From: Escherichia coli
Lineage (GTDB): Bacteria > Pseudomonadota > Gammaproteobacteria > Enterobacterales > Enterobacteriaceae
Direction: 5' to 3' (one strand)
Assembly: GCF_003334355.1 (NCBI RefSeq)
Contig: NZ_QOWP01000035.1
DNA: 35,354 nucleotides
Part shown: positions 22,856 to 32,276 of the stretch, piece after piece
Layout of the letters: each line of letters begins with the position of its first letter
Numbering within the stretch: the stretch's first letter is position 1
Notes under the pieces: generated by a model
What the model saw: only the letters and a program-made list of their open reading frames with translations
What the model was told of the DNA's origin: nothing
The model's database searches: none
Translations under genes and position numbers: made by a program

Positions 22856-23560
22856 ATGCGCCTGGTTCAGCTTTCTCGCCATTCAATAGCCTTCCCTTCC
22901 CCGGAAGGCGCATTACGTGAGCCTAACGGCCTGCTGGCACTTGGGGGCGATCTTAGCCCTGCGCGCCTGTTAATGGCTTATCAGCGTGGTATTTTTCCGT
23001 GGTTTTCTCCAGGCGACCCCATCCTCTGGTGGTCGCCCGATCCCCGCGCGGTGCTATGGCCAGAATCACTGCATATCAGCCGTAGTATGAAGCGATTTCA
23101 TAAACGCTCGCCCTATCGTGTCACGATGAATTACGCTTTTGGTCAGGTCATTGAAGGCTGTGCCAGCGATCGCGAAGAAGGAACCTGGATCACGCGTGGC
23201 GTGGTCGAAGCCTACCATCGCCTTCACGAACTCGGTCATGCCCACTCCATTGAAGTCTGGCGTGAAGATGAGCTTGTCGGCGGTATGTACGGCGTGGCCC
23301 AGGGAACGCTATTTTGTGGCGAGTCCATGTTCAGCCGGATGGAAAATGCGTCTAAAACGGCGCTTCTGGTATTCTGTGAGGAATTTATCGGTCATGGCGG
23401 TAAGCTTATCGACTGCCAGGTCCTTAACGATCACACAGCATCGCTTGGTGCCTGCGAAATTCCCCGCCGGGATTACCTTAATTATCTCAATCAAATGCGC
23501 CTCGGACGATTGCCGAATAATTTCTGGGTACCACGGTGCTTGTTTTCACCACAAGAATGA
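22856..23560 (+). CDS. aat: Leucyl/phenylalanyl-tRNA--protein transferase, 234 aa
   Basis: ORF track; ATG at 22856, 41 bp after cydC; sequence recognised as Aat. Confidence 0.9.
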
Positions 23561-23841
23561 ATGTTTTCGGCACATTTCTCCCCAGAGTGTTATAATTGCG
23601 GTCGCAGAGTTGGTTACGCTCATTACCCCGCTGCCGATAAGGAATTTTTCGCGTCAGGTAACGCCCATCGTTTATCTCACCGCTCCCTTATACGTTGCGC
23701 TTTTGGTGCGGCTTAGCCGTGTGTTTTCGGAGTAATGTGCCGAACCTGTTTGTTGCGATTTAGCGCGCAAATCTTTACTTATTTACAGAACTTCGGCATT
23801 ATCTTGCCGGTTCAAATTACGGTAGTGATACCCCAGAGGAT

Positions 23842-24063
<222 letters not shown>

Positions 24064-24101
24064 TTGTTTTACCGCCTGATGGGCGAAGAGAAAGAACGAG
24101 T

Positions 24102-24132
24102 AAAAGGTCGGTTTAACCGGCCTTTTTATTTT
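24102..24132 (+). terminator. Rho-independent terminator downstream of infA
   Basis: ggtcgg-tttaa-ccggcc hairpin (24106-24122, one G-U pair) followed by tttttatttt. Confidence 0.75.
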
Positions 24133-24244
24133 GTGATATGTATGAAGTACTTTGGAAGTATAAGTCCATAACTTGTCTCGATGTAGATATACTGCACAAG
24201 TTGTTTACAGTATGAGCAAACAATAATTATCATTAAAATTCTTC

Positions 24245-24273
24245 TTGACCGTTTTACTCCAACTCCCTATAGT
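24245..24273 (+). promoter_or_regulatory. Sigma70 promoter of serW (TTGACC-17 bp-TATAGT)
   Basis: -35 TTGACC (24245-24250), 17-bp spacer, -10 TATAGT (24268-24273), GC-rich discriminator agcgccccg, AT-rich upstream region; typical stable-RNA promoter about 40 bp upstream of the tRNA. Confidence 0.7.
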
Positions 24274-24316
24274 AGCGCCCCGTTGCCACCCATGAGGTTT
24301 GGCAGCAAAACAATTT

Positions 24317-24404
24317 GGTGAGGTGTCCGAGTGGCTGAAGGAGCACGCCTGGAAAGTGTGTATACGGCAACGTATCGGGGGTTCGAATCCCCCCCTCACC
24401 GCCA
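24317..24404 (+). tRNA. serW: tRNA-Ser (anticodon GGA), 88 nt, class II with long variable arm
   Basis: GGTGAGGTGTCCGAGTGGCTGAAGGAGCACGCCTGGAAAGTGTGTATACGGCAACGTATCGGGGGTTCGAATCCCCCCCTCACCGCCA: 7-bp acceptor stem, anticodon loop CTGGAAA, T-loop GGTTCGAATCC, encoded CCA. Confidence 0.95.
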
Positions 24405-24417
24405 TATTTAAAGAAGA

Positions 24418-24445
24418 GCTCGTACGAAAGTGCGAGCTTTTTTTT
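24418..24445 (+). terminator. Rho-independent terminator downstream of serW
   Basis: gctcgtac-gaaa-gtgcgagc hairpin (8-bp stem, GNRA tetraloop) followed by T8 (24438-24445). Confidence 0.8.
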
Positions 24446-24447
24446 CG

Positions 24448-24652
24448 CATTTTATCTGTCTGTACGGCAGTGAACATGGTGGGTGGAGTATGTTACCTGT
24501 GAATTTCTAAGCTGCCTGTACGGCAGTGAACGCCAACTTTCACAGCCTTTGCAAGATTGTTCCTTTCTAAGCTGCCTGTACGGCAGTGAACGTTCGCTGC
24601 AACCGCTAGCCAAGACGGTAGGTTTTTCTAAGCTGCCTGTACGGCAGTGAAC
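24448..24652 (-). CRISPR. Orphan type I-F CRISPR array: 4 repeats (one degenerate), 3 spacers, no adjacent cas genes
   Basis: Perfect 28-bp repeats at 24504-24531, 24564-24591, 24625-24652 (plus strand TTTCTAAGCTGCCTGTACGGCAGTGAAC; minus strand GTTCACTGCCGTACAGGCAGCTTAGAAA, the I-F repeat with CTGCC/GGCAG hairpin); degenerate terminal repeat 24448-24475 keeps the 3' 16 nt; spacers 28, 32 and 33 bp; repeat orientation puts the leader on the clpA side. Confidence 0.9.
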
Positions 24653-24800
24653 TCAAATACTACACGTTTAGCCCGTTGTTAATAAAGCAAAACCATCCCA
24701 TTCTCCTGCAGCACCCTTTTTTATCCTTACCTTCCAGCAGCACTAATTATCAACAACTTACCTTCACCTCCAAAAATAGGGTTTTCACCGTTCCACCCCA

Positions 24801-24840
24801 TAAATAAAAAGTCCGTAACCTCTTTCGAGATTACGGACTT
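24801..24840 (-). terminator. Rho-independent terminator downstream of clpA
   Basis: aagtccgtaa (24809-24818) / ttacggactt (24831-24840) 10-bp inverted repeat; A/T-rich run 24801-24810 gives a U-tract on the minus strand; 24 bp after the clpA stop. Confidence 0.7.
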
Positions 24841-24863
24841 GACCAACCTACCTGACAATCAGA

Positions 24864-27140
24864 TTAATGCGCTGCTTCCGCCTTGTGCTTTTGTGCACTC
24901 TGGAATCCGTAAGTCAGCTCATTTTTCGCTTTATCCAGTGCGACGGTGACCTGACCGCCGTCCACCAGCGAACCAAACAGCAGTTCGTTGGCGAGCGGTT
25001 TTTTCAGGTTGTCCTGGATGACACGCGCCATCGGACGAGCGCCCATTGCCCGGTCGTAACCTTTCTCGGCCAGCCAGTTACGCGCTTCCTGGCTCACTTC
25101 CAGAGAAACACCTTTCTGATCCAGCTGAACCTGCAACTCGACGATGAATTTATCCACCACCTGATGGATCACGTCGGTTGACAGATGATCAAACCAGATA
25201 ATGTTGTCGAGACGGTTACGGAATTCCGGTGTAAAGATCTTCTTGATCTCTTCCATCGCATCGGTGCTGTTATCCTGGTGGATAAGACCAATGGATTTGC
25301 GCTCAGTTTCCCGTACCCCGGCGTTGGTGGTCATCACCAGCACCACGTTACGGAAGTCTGCTTTGCGTCCGTTGTTATCGGTCAGCGTACCGTTATCCAT
25401 CACCTGCAACAGAATATTGAACACGTCCGGGTGCGCTTTCTCGATTTCGTCCAGCAGCAGCACCGCATGTGGATGCTTGATGACCGCATCAGTCAGCAAA
25501 CCGCCCTGATCAAAACCAACGTATCCCGGAGGCGCACCAATAAGACGGCTGACGGTATGGCGTTCCATATACTCGGACATATCAAAGCGCAGAAGCTCAA
25601 TGCCCAAAGCTTTCGAAAGCTGTACCGTCACCTCTGTTTTCCCGACCCCGGTAGGGCCGGCAAACAGGAACGAACCAACCGGTTTATGTTCGTGACCTAA
25701 ACCTGCACGCGCCATCTTAATGGCTTCAGTCAGCGCCTCAATGGCTTTATCCTGACCGAAGACCAGCATTTTCAAGCGATCGCCGAGGTTTTTCAGGGTA
25801 TCACGATCACTCTGAGAAACACTCTTCTCTGGAATGCGTGCAATACGGGCCACCACGGACTCAATATCCGCCACATTAACGGTTTTCTTGCGTTTGCTTA
25901 CCGGCATCAGGCGTGCGCGAGCGCCCGCTTCGTCGATAACATCAATGGCTTTATCCGGCAGATGACGATCGTTAATGTATTTCACCGCCAGCTCTACCGC
26001 CGCACGCACCGCTTTTGCGGTATAACGCACGTCGTGGTGCGCTTCATACTTCGGTTTCAGGCCATTGATGATTTGAACAGTTTCTTCGATCGACGGTTCA
26101 GTAATATCAATTTTCTGGAAGCGACGCGCCAGAGCACGGTCTTTCTCGAAAATGTTGCTGAACTCCTGATAGGTTGTCGAACCAATTACACGAATTTTAC
26201 CGCTGGAGAGCAACGGTTTGATTAGGTTAGCCGCATCGACCTGACCACCAGACGCTGCACCCGCACCGATAATGGTGTGGATCTCATCAATAAACAGGAT
26301 GCTGTTAGTGTCCTGCTCCAGCTGCTTGAGCAACGCTTTAAAACGTTTTTCAAAGTCGCCGCGATATTTTGTGCCCGCTAACAGAGAACCGATATCGAGA
26401 GAGTAAATCGTACAGTCAGCCATCACTTCCGGCACATCGCCCTGAACAATTCGCCAGGCAAGACCTTCCGCAATCGCGGTTTTACCGACACCAGATTCCC
26501 CCACCAGCAGCGGGTTGTTTTTACGGCGACGGCAGAGAACCTGAATAGCACGCTCCAGCTCCTTCTCACGACCAATCAGTGGGTCGATTCCGCCCACGCG
26601 CGCAAGCTGATTCAGGTTCGTCGTGAAATTCTCCATACGTTCCTCCCCACCAGCTTGTTCTTCGCTGTTTGGCTGGCTGCCAGGATCAGAAGACTGTGTC
26701 GGCTCGTCTTTACGCGTGCCATGAGAGATAAAGTTCACCACATCGAGACGGCTGACTTCATGTTTACGCAACAGATATGCCGCCTGCGACTCCTGTTCGC
26801 TAAAGATAGCGACCAGAACGTTTGCACCGGTAACCTCATTGCGACCGGAGGACTGGACATGGAAGACCGCACGTTGCAGTACACGCTGAAAACTCAGCGT
26901 CGGCTGTGTGTCGCGCTCCTCTTCACTGGCAGGCAGAACGGGTGTGGTTTGTTCAATAAAGGCTTCCAGTTCCTGACGGAGCGCAACCAAATCCACAGAA
27001 CACGCTTCCAGCGCCTCCCGGGCAGATGGGTTACTGAGCAGCGCCAGTAACAAGTGCTCGACGGTCATAAACTCATGACGGTGCTCGCGCGCTCTGGCGA
27101 AAGCCATATTTAAACTGAGTTCCAGTTCTTGATTGAGCAT
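24864..27140 (-). CDS. clpA: ATP-dependent Clp protease ATP-binding subunit ClpA, 758 aa
   Basis: ORF track 24864..27155 (TTG-initiated) trimmed to ATG at 27140 ([19 protein letters not shown]); two AAA+ modules (GESGVGKT and GPTGVGKT). Confidence 0.95.
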   Translation of the reverse strand: MLNQELELSLNMAFARAREHRHEFMTVEHLLLALLSNPSAREALEACSVDLVALRQELEAFIEQTTPVLPASEEERDTQPTLSFQRVLQRAVFHVQSSGRNEVTGANVLVAIFSEQESQAAYLLRKHEVSRLDVVNFISHGTRKDEPTQSSDPGSQPNSEEQAGGEERMENFTTNLNQLARVGGIDPLIGREKELERAIQVLCRRRKNNPLLVGESGVGKTAIAEGLAWRIVQGDVPEVMADCTIYSLDIGSLLAGTKYRGDFEKRFKALLKQLEQDTNSILFIDEIHTIIGAGAASGGQVDAANLIKPLLSSGKIRVIGSTTYQEFSNIFEKDRALARRFQKIDITEPSIEETVQIINGLKPKYEAHHDVRYTAKAVRAAVELAVKYINDRHLPDKAIDVIDEAGARARLMPVSKRKKTVNVADIESVVARIARIPEKSVSQSDRDTLKNLGDRLKMLVFGQDKAIEALTEAIKMARAGLGHEHKPVGSFLFAGPTGVGKTEVTVQLSKALGIELLRFDMSEYMERHTVSRLIGAPPGYVGFDQGGLLTDAVIKHPHAVLLLDEIEKAHPDVFNILLQVMDNGTLTDNNGRKADFRNVVLVMTTNAGVRETERKSIGLIHQDNSTDAMEEIKKIFTPEFRNRLDNIIWFDHLSTDVIHQVVDKFIVELQVQLDQKGVSLEVSQEARNWLAEKGYDRAMGARPMARVIQDNLKKPLANELLFGSLVDGGQVTVALDKAKNELTYGFQSAQKHKAEAAH

Positions 27141-27170
27141 AGGCACCTCCCCCAATTTTTATGCCTGCAT

Positions 27171-27491
27171 TCAGGCTTTTTCTAGCGTACACAGCAATGG
27201 ATGCTCATTCTCCCTCGCGTACTTGTTCACCATCGCCACTTTGGTTTCTGCAACCTCGGCGGTAAAGACTCCGCAAATGGCCTTCCCCTGGTAGTGAACA
27301 GCGAGCATCAATTGCGTTGCACGTTCTACATCATAAGAAAAGAATTTTTGTAACACGTCAATAACAAACTCCATCGGAGTGTAATCATCATTGACTAATA
27401 TCACTTTATACATAGATGGCGGTTTTAGCGCGTCGCGAACTTTTTCTTCCGCCAGTTGATCAAAGTCCAGCCAGTCGTTCGTTTTACCCAT
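27171..27491 (-). CDS. clpS: Clp protease adaptor ClpS (N-end rule), 106 aa
   Basis: ORF track; [16 protein letters not shown] recognised as ClpS; 30 bp upstream of clpA, same strand. Confidence 0.95.
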
Positions 27492-27813
27492 TGTCAGTTA
27501 TCATCTTCGGTTACGGTTATCGGCAGAACGCCCTGCCGCTGACAAGAGCTTATTTGCCTGACCAATCTACTCCACATGATAGATAACTATCATCTATCGT
27601 TGGCATCAGCGACATCTGTCACATTCCTGTCAATAGCGTTAACTGCTTCAAATTTTTGATTCATACCTGCCCCTTGTCCCCTGTCAAATGCTTGACGGCT
27701 CGCCCTAATTCTCTAAATTGTATTTCTAGAGTTGGCGAGGTTTTGAACAGCCCCCTCTCTGACCCCGGTTTATTCCATCTTACTTGTATAAGATTTGCGA
27801 AGGATGTCGAAGC

Positions 27814-28038
27814 ATGGAAAAGGGTACTGTTAAGTGGTTCAACAATGCCAAAGGGTTTGGTTTCATCTGCCCTGAAGGCGGCGGCGAAGATATTTTCGCT
27901 CATTATTCCACCATTCAGATGGATGGTTACAGAACGCTAAAAGCTGGACAATCCGTTCAGTTTGATGTCCACCAGGGGCCAAAAGGCAATCACGCCAGTG
28001 TTATTGTGCCCGTCGAAGTAGAAGCGGCAGTCGCATAG
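27814..28038 (+). CDS. cspD: Cold-shock-domain protein CspD (stationary-phase replication inhibitor), 74 aa
   Basis: ORF track 27784..28038 trimmed to ATG at 27814 (MEKGTVKWFNNAKGFGFI); RNP1 motif KGFGFI; AAGGA SD. Confidence 0.95.
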   Translation: MEKGTVKWFNNAKGFGFICPEGGGEDIFAHYSTIQMDGYRTLKAGQSVQFDVHQGPKGNHASVIVPVEVEAAVA

Positions 28039-28070
28039 CTCTTCTGTCTCATTGTGTACATCCTAAAGGC

Positions 28071-28100
28071 AAAATGCCAGCCCGATCGGCTGGCATTTTT
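28071..28100. terminator. Bidirectional terminator between convergent cspD and macB
   Basis: aaaa-tgccagcc-cgatc-ggctggca-ttttt: 8-bp GC-rich stem with A-tract 5' and T-tract 3', so it can terminate both strands. Confidence 0.8.
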
Positions 28101-28110
28101 ATCTCAAAAA

Positions 28111-30057
28111 TTACTCTCGTGCCAGAGCATCTACTGGATCCAGTCGTGCCGCATTTCGTGCGGGTAACCAGCCAAATAAAATCCCGGTGACCGTCGAGCA
28201 GAGAAACGCCAGCAGCAGCGCCAACGGTGAAAAACCAATCTCCCAGCCGGGTAAGAAAAGCTGCAAGGTGAAAGCAATTAACAGTGACAGTGTTATTCCC
28301 AACGCGCCACCGACCAGGCAAACCAGTACGGCTTCGATCAGGAACTGTTGCAAAACATCGCTTGCTCGCGCACCTACAGCCATGCGAATGCCAATTTCCC
28401 GCGTCCGCTCGGTCACTGACACCAGCATAATATTCATTACACCAATACCGCCCACCACCAGCGAAATCACCGCCACCAGCGTCAGAAACAGTTGTAAAGT
28501 ACGTGTGGTCTTTTCAACAGTTTTCAAGACGCCGTCCATGTTCCAGGTAAAGAAATCCTTCTTTCCGTGGCGCAGTGAAAGTAAACGCGTGAGTTGCTGT
28601 TCCGCCTCGGCGCTGTCAAATCCTTCTTTCACCCTGACAGTAATGGAGTTAAGCCACGACTGGCCCATAACTCGCCCGGACATCGTGCTGTAAGGTAGCC
28701 AGACACGCAGCACTTTACTGCTACCAAACATCGACTGTTTTTCTTCCGCCACACCAATGACTCTGGCGGGCATATTGCCGACCAGAATCACCTCGCCAAC
28801 CACATCTGCTTTATGGGGGAAAAGCTGGCGGCGAGTATTACTGTCGAGAACCACGACCTGCGCACGACCGTTAAGCTGCTCCTGATTAAAGGTGTTTCCT
28901 TCACTGAAGGTCATGCCATAGACATTAAAATAATCGCCGCTCACGCCATTGGCACTGGCAGCAACATCAACATTGTTATAACGCAGGCGCAGGTTTTGCG
29001 AGACGGCAGGTGTGGCTGAGGCGACCCACGGTTGTTTTTGGATGGCGATTAAGTCGTCGTACTTCAGCGCCTGCTGATATTGCGGATCGTCATCGCCAAA
29101 ATCTTTCCCGGGATAGACATCAATAGTATTCGTACCAATAGAACGAATATCCGCCAGCACCATTTGTTTGGCGGCGTCACCCACCACGACAATGGAAACC
29201 ACCGACGCAATACCGATAATAATCCCCAGCATGGTCAGTAAAGTACGCATTTTATTCGCTGCCAGCGCCCGCCATGCCATCGTCAGCGCCTCGTTAAAAC
29301 CGCTGACAAACTGCCGCCAGCCAGACACCGTGTTGACAACAGGCTCCGTCCCGCCAGCAACATTCACTTTTTCAATGGCGGGAGGATTGCGCACAATTTC
29401 GCCGTCGCGAATTTCGATCACCCGCTCGGCCTGAGCAGCGACCTGCGGATCGTGGGTGACGATAATCACCGTATGCCCACGATCGCGCAGCTGATGCAGG
29501 ATCGCCATCACCTCTTCGCCAGAATGGCTGTCCAGTGCGCCGGTTGGTTCATCGGCAAGAATTACCTGACCACCGTTCATCAATGCCCGCGCGATGCTGA
29601 CGCGCTGTTGCTGACCACCCGAAAGCTGTGCCGGATAATACTCTGTACGGTCTTCCAGCCCCAGCCGTTGCAGCAACTCCTGGGCACGAAGCAGTCGCTG
29701 TTTCCGCTCAAGACCAGCATAGACGGCGGGTACTTCAACGTTCTGCTCGGCGGTTAAATGCGAAAGCAAATGGTAACGCTGGAAAATAAAGCCGAAATGC
29801 TCGCGGCGCAGTTGCGCCAGCGCATCGGCGTCCAGCGTGGCAACATCCTGACCGGCGACGCGATAGGTGCCGCTGGTGGCCTTATCCAGACAGCCGAGAA
29901 TATTCATCAGGGTCGATTTACCGGAACCCGAAGCGCCAACAATCGCGACCATCTCACCCGCATAAATATCGAGGCTGATGCCCTTCAGCACCTCAACCTG
30001 CTCATCACCGGCAGGATAGCTGCGACGAATATCCTTTAATTCGAGCAAAGGCGTCAT
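28111..30057 (-). CDS. macB: Macrolide export ABC transporter, fused ATPase/permease, 648 aa
   Basis: ORF track; N-terminal ABC ATPase (Walker [11 protein letters not shown], signature LSGGQQQR) plus C-terminal FtsX-like permease; ATG overlaps macA stop by 4 nt. Confidence 0.95.
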   Translation of the reverse strand: MTPLLELKDIRRSYPAGDEQVEVLKGISLDIYAGEMVAIVGASGSGKSTLMNILGCLDKATSGTYRVAGQDVATLDADALAQLRREHFGFIFQRYHLLSHLTAEQNVEVPAVYAGLERKQRLLRAQELLQRLGLEDRTEYYPAQLSGGQQQRVSIARALMNGGQVILADEPTGALDSHSGEEVMAILHQLRDRGHTVIIVTHDPQVAAQAERVIEIRDGEIVRNPPAIEKVNVAGGTEPVVNTVSGWRQFVSGFNEALTMAWRALAANKMRTLLTMLGIIIGIASVVSIVVVGDAAKQMVLADIRSIGTNTIDVYPGKDFGDDDPQYQQALKYDDLIAIQKQPWVASATPAVSQNLRLRYNNVDVAASANGVSGDYFNVYGMTFSEGNTFNQEQLNGRAQVVVLDSNTRRQLFPHKADVVGEVILVGNMPARVIGVAEEKQSMFGSSKVLRVWLPYSTMSGRVMGQSWLNSITVRVKEGFDSAEAEQQLTRLLSLRHGKKDFFTWNMDGVLKTVEKTTRTLQLFLTLVAVISLVVGGIGVMNIMLVSVTERTREIGIRMAVGARASDVLQQFLIEAVLVCLVGGALGITLSLLIAFTLQLFLPGWEIGFSPLALLLAFLCSTVTGILFGWLPARNAARLDPVDALARE

Positions 30058-31169
30058 TGTGCAGCTCCTGGTTTGGCCTCACCAATCACCACTTCATCGC
30101 CCGCTTCAAGCCCTTTGACAATCTCAACATCGGTATCGTTACGTGCGCCAATCGTCACTTCACGCTCGCGTGTTTCACCATTACGCAACAATTTGACTTT
30201 ATAACGATTATCGCCAACCGGATCGCCTAACGCCGACAGAGGGATCGTCAGCACATTTTTCACATCGGTGAGCTGAATATGCACTTGCGCAGTCATATCC
30301 AGCCGCAGCAAACCATTGGGGTTGGGGACTTCAAAACGGGCGTAATAGAAAATAGCGTCGTTAACCTTTTCCGGCGTCGGTAGTACATCCTTGATTTGCC
30401 CCTCGTAGCGCGTCAGTGGATCGCCAAGCACCGTAAACCAGGCTTTTTGCCCCGGCTTCAGGTGGATTACATCCGCTTCAGAAACCTGCGCTTTTACCAG
30501 CATGGTGCTCATATCTGCCAGCGTCAGAATGTTCGGTGCTTGTTGTGCGGCAATCACCGTCTGGCCTTGCAGAGTGGTGATTTGCGTGACTTCCCCGGCC
30601 ATCGGGGCAACGATGCGAGTGTAATCGAGATTGGTTTTAGCCGTATCGAGAGAAGCCTGATTGCGCTTGATTTGCGCGTCAATGGTGCCAATTTGCGCCT
30701 GTTTCACAGCCATCTCCGTCGCGGCGGTGTCGAGATCCTGCTGTGAAACCGCCTGCGTTTGTGCCAGACGTTGCTGACGGGAATACGTCACCCGCGCCAG
30801 TTTCAGCTCCGCTTCCGCCTGCTGCCGCTGCGCGCGTAGCTCCATCAGCGTTGCTTCGACCTCCTTGATCTGGTTTTCAGCCTGTTCAGGATCAATGACC
30901 CCTAAAAGCTGGTCTTTTTTTACTTTATCGCCAATCGCCACCGACAGCGTTTTCAACTGACCGCTGACCTGCGCGCCCACGTCAACCTTACGCAGCGCGT
31001 CCAGCTTTCCGGTCGCCAGCACGCTTTGCTGTAAATCACCGGGGCGCACAATCAGTGTCTGATAAGTCGGCACGGGTGCGTTAAGAATTCTCCATAACGT
31101 AATCAGTCCGGCGATGACTATCACCAGCGCAATAACGTAACGCTTCTTCACGGTTTTCCGCTTTTTCAT
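30054..31169 (-). CDS. macA: Macrolide export periplasmic adaptor (membrane fusion protein), 371 aa
   Basis: ORF track 30054..31196 (TTG-initiated) trimmed to ATG at 31169 ([15 protein letters not shown]); HlyD-family coiled-coil and lipoyl domains. Confidence 0.9.
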   Translation of the reverse strand: MKKRKTVKKRYVIALVIVIAGLITLWRILNAPVPTYQTLIVRPGDLQQSVLATGKLDALRKVDVGAQVSGQLKTLSVAIGDKVKKDQLLGVIDPEQAENQIKEVEATLMELRAQRQQAEAELKLARVTYSRQQRLAQTQAVSQQDLDTAATEMAVKQAQIGTIDAQIKRNQASLDTAKTNLDYTRIVAPMAGEVTQITTLQGQTVIAAQQAPNILTLADMSTMLVKAQVSEADVIHLKPGQKAWFTVLGDPLTRYEGQIKDVLPTPEKVNDAIFYYARFEVPNPNGLLRLDMTAQVHIQLTDVKNVLTIPLSALGDPVGDNRYKVKLLRNGETREREVTIGARNDTDVEIVKGLEAGDEVVIGEAKPGAAQ

Positions 31170-31283
31170 AAATATTCTGAATACTCCATATGCCAATCCG
31201 GGTCATTAACTTCAACGAAATATCAACAAACCCCTAAAATTTACGTTAGTAATCACACTATTGATGTTTGGTTAAGATACGCA

Positions 31284-32276
31284 ATGGTGAAATCGACGTC
31301 ATGTATAACCATTGATTTCATGAATATGTCGCAGCTAACTGAACGGACCTTTACGCCATCTGAATCTCTCAGCAGCCTGTCACTTTTTCTTAGTCTGGCA
31401 CGTGGACAGTGTCGGCCGGGTAAATTCTGGCATCGCCGTAGTTTTCGCCAGAAATTTTTGCTGCGCTCGTTGATTATGCCGCGTTTAAGCGTTGAGTGGA
31501 TGAACGAACTTTCCCACTGGCCTAATCTCAATGTATTGTTAACGCGCCAGCCGCGACTGCCTGTGCGTCTGCATCGCCCTTACCTTGCGGCGAATCTTAG
31601 CCGTAAGCAATTGCTGGAGGCGTTACGTTACCATTATGCGTTACTCCGCGAATGTATGTCGGCGGAAGAATTCAGCTTATATTTGAATACCCCCGGGCTG
31701 CAACTGGCGAAGCTGGAAGGCAAAAACGGCGAGCAGTTCACGCTTGAGCTGACCATGATGATCTCAATGGATAAAGAAGGTGACAGCACAATCCTGTTCC
31801 GCAACAGCGAAGGTATTCCTCTGGCAGAGATCACGTTTACCCTGTGTGAATATCAGGGGAAAAGAACGATGTTTATTGGCGGACTGCAAGGCGCAAAATG
31901 GGAAATTCCACATCAGGAAATCCAGAATGCGACGAAAGCCTGCCACGGGCTATTTCCCAAACGCCTCGTGATGGAAGCGGCCTGTCTGTTTGCCCAACGT
32001 TTGCAGGTAGAGCAGATTATTGCCGTCAGCAATGAAACGCATATTTACCGCAGCCTGCGTTATCGCGATAAAGAAGGCAAGATCCACGCTGATTACAACG
32101 CTTTCTGGGAATCGGTTGGCGGCGTATGTGATGCTGAACGCCATTACCGCCTTCCAGCACAGATAGCACGAAAAGAGATTGCCGAAATCGCCAGTAAAAA
32201 ACGGGCTGAATACCGTCGGCGCTATGAGATGCTCGACGCTATTCAGCCACAAATGGCCACGATGTTTCGCGGTTAA
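31284..32276 (+). CDS. ybjX: VirK-like DUF535-family protein, 330 aa
   Basis: ORF track; ATG at 31284; recognised as YbjX (VirK/SomA homolog); divergent from macAB. Confidence 0.85.
   Translation: MVKSTSCITIDFMNMSQLTERTFTPSESLSSLSLFLSLARGQCRPGKFWHRRSFRQKFLLRSLIMPRLSVEWMNELSHWPNLNVLLTRQPRLPVRLHRPYLAANLSRKQLLEALRYHYALLRECMSAEEFSLYLNTPGLQLAKLEGKNGEQFTLELTMMISMDKEGDSTILFRNSEGIPLAEITFTLCEYQGKRTMFIGGLQGAKWEIPHQEIQNATKACHGLFPKRLVMEAACLFAQRLQVEQIIAVSNETHIYRSLRYRDKEGKIHADYNAFWESVGGVCDAERHYRLPAQIARKEIAEIASKKRAEYRRRYEMLDAIQPQMATMFRG

Noticed and set aside
24653-24863. Looked for cas genes or further CRISPR repeats beyond the array
   Set aside because: No additional repeat copies and no ORF between the array and clpA; the region reads as the AT-rich leader plus the clpA terminator. 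No cas-like protein anywhere in the ORF track.
27156-27180. Small hairpin gcctg-catt-caggc overlapping the clpS stop codon
   Set aside because: Only a 5-bp stem; clpS and clpA are 30 bp apart on the same strand and presumably co-transcribed; too weak to call a terminator or attenuator.
31170-31283. Searched the macA-ybjX divergent region for a PhoP box (direct repeats of TGTTTA)
   Set aside because: Only a single imperfect half-site-like sequence (tgtttggttaag) is present; insufficient to call.
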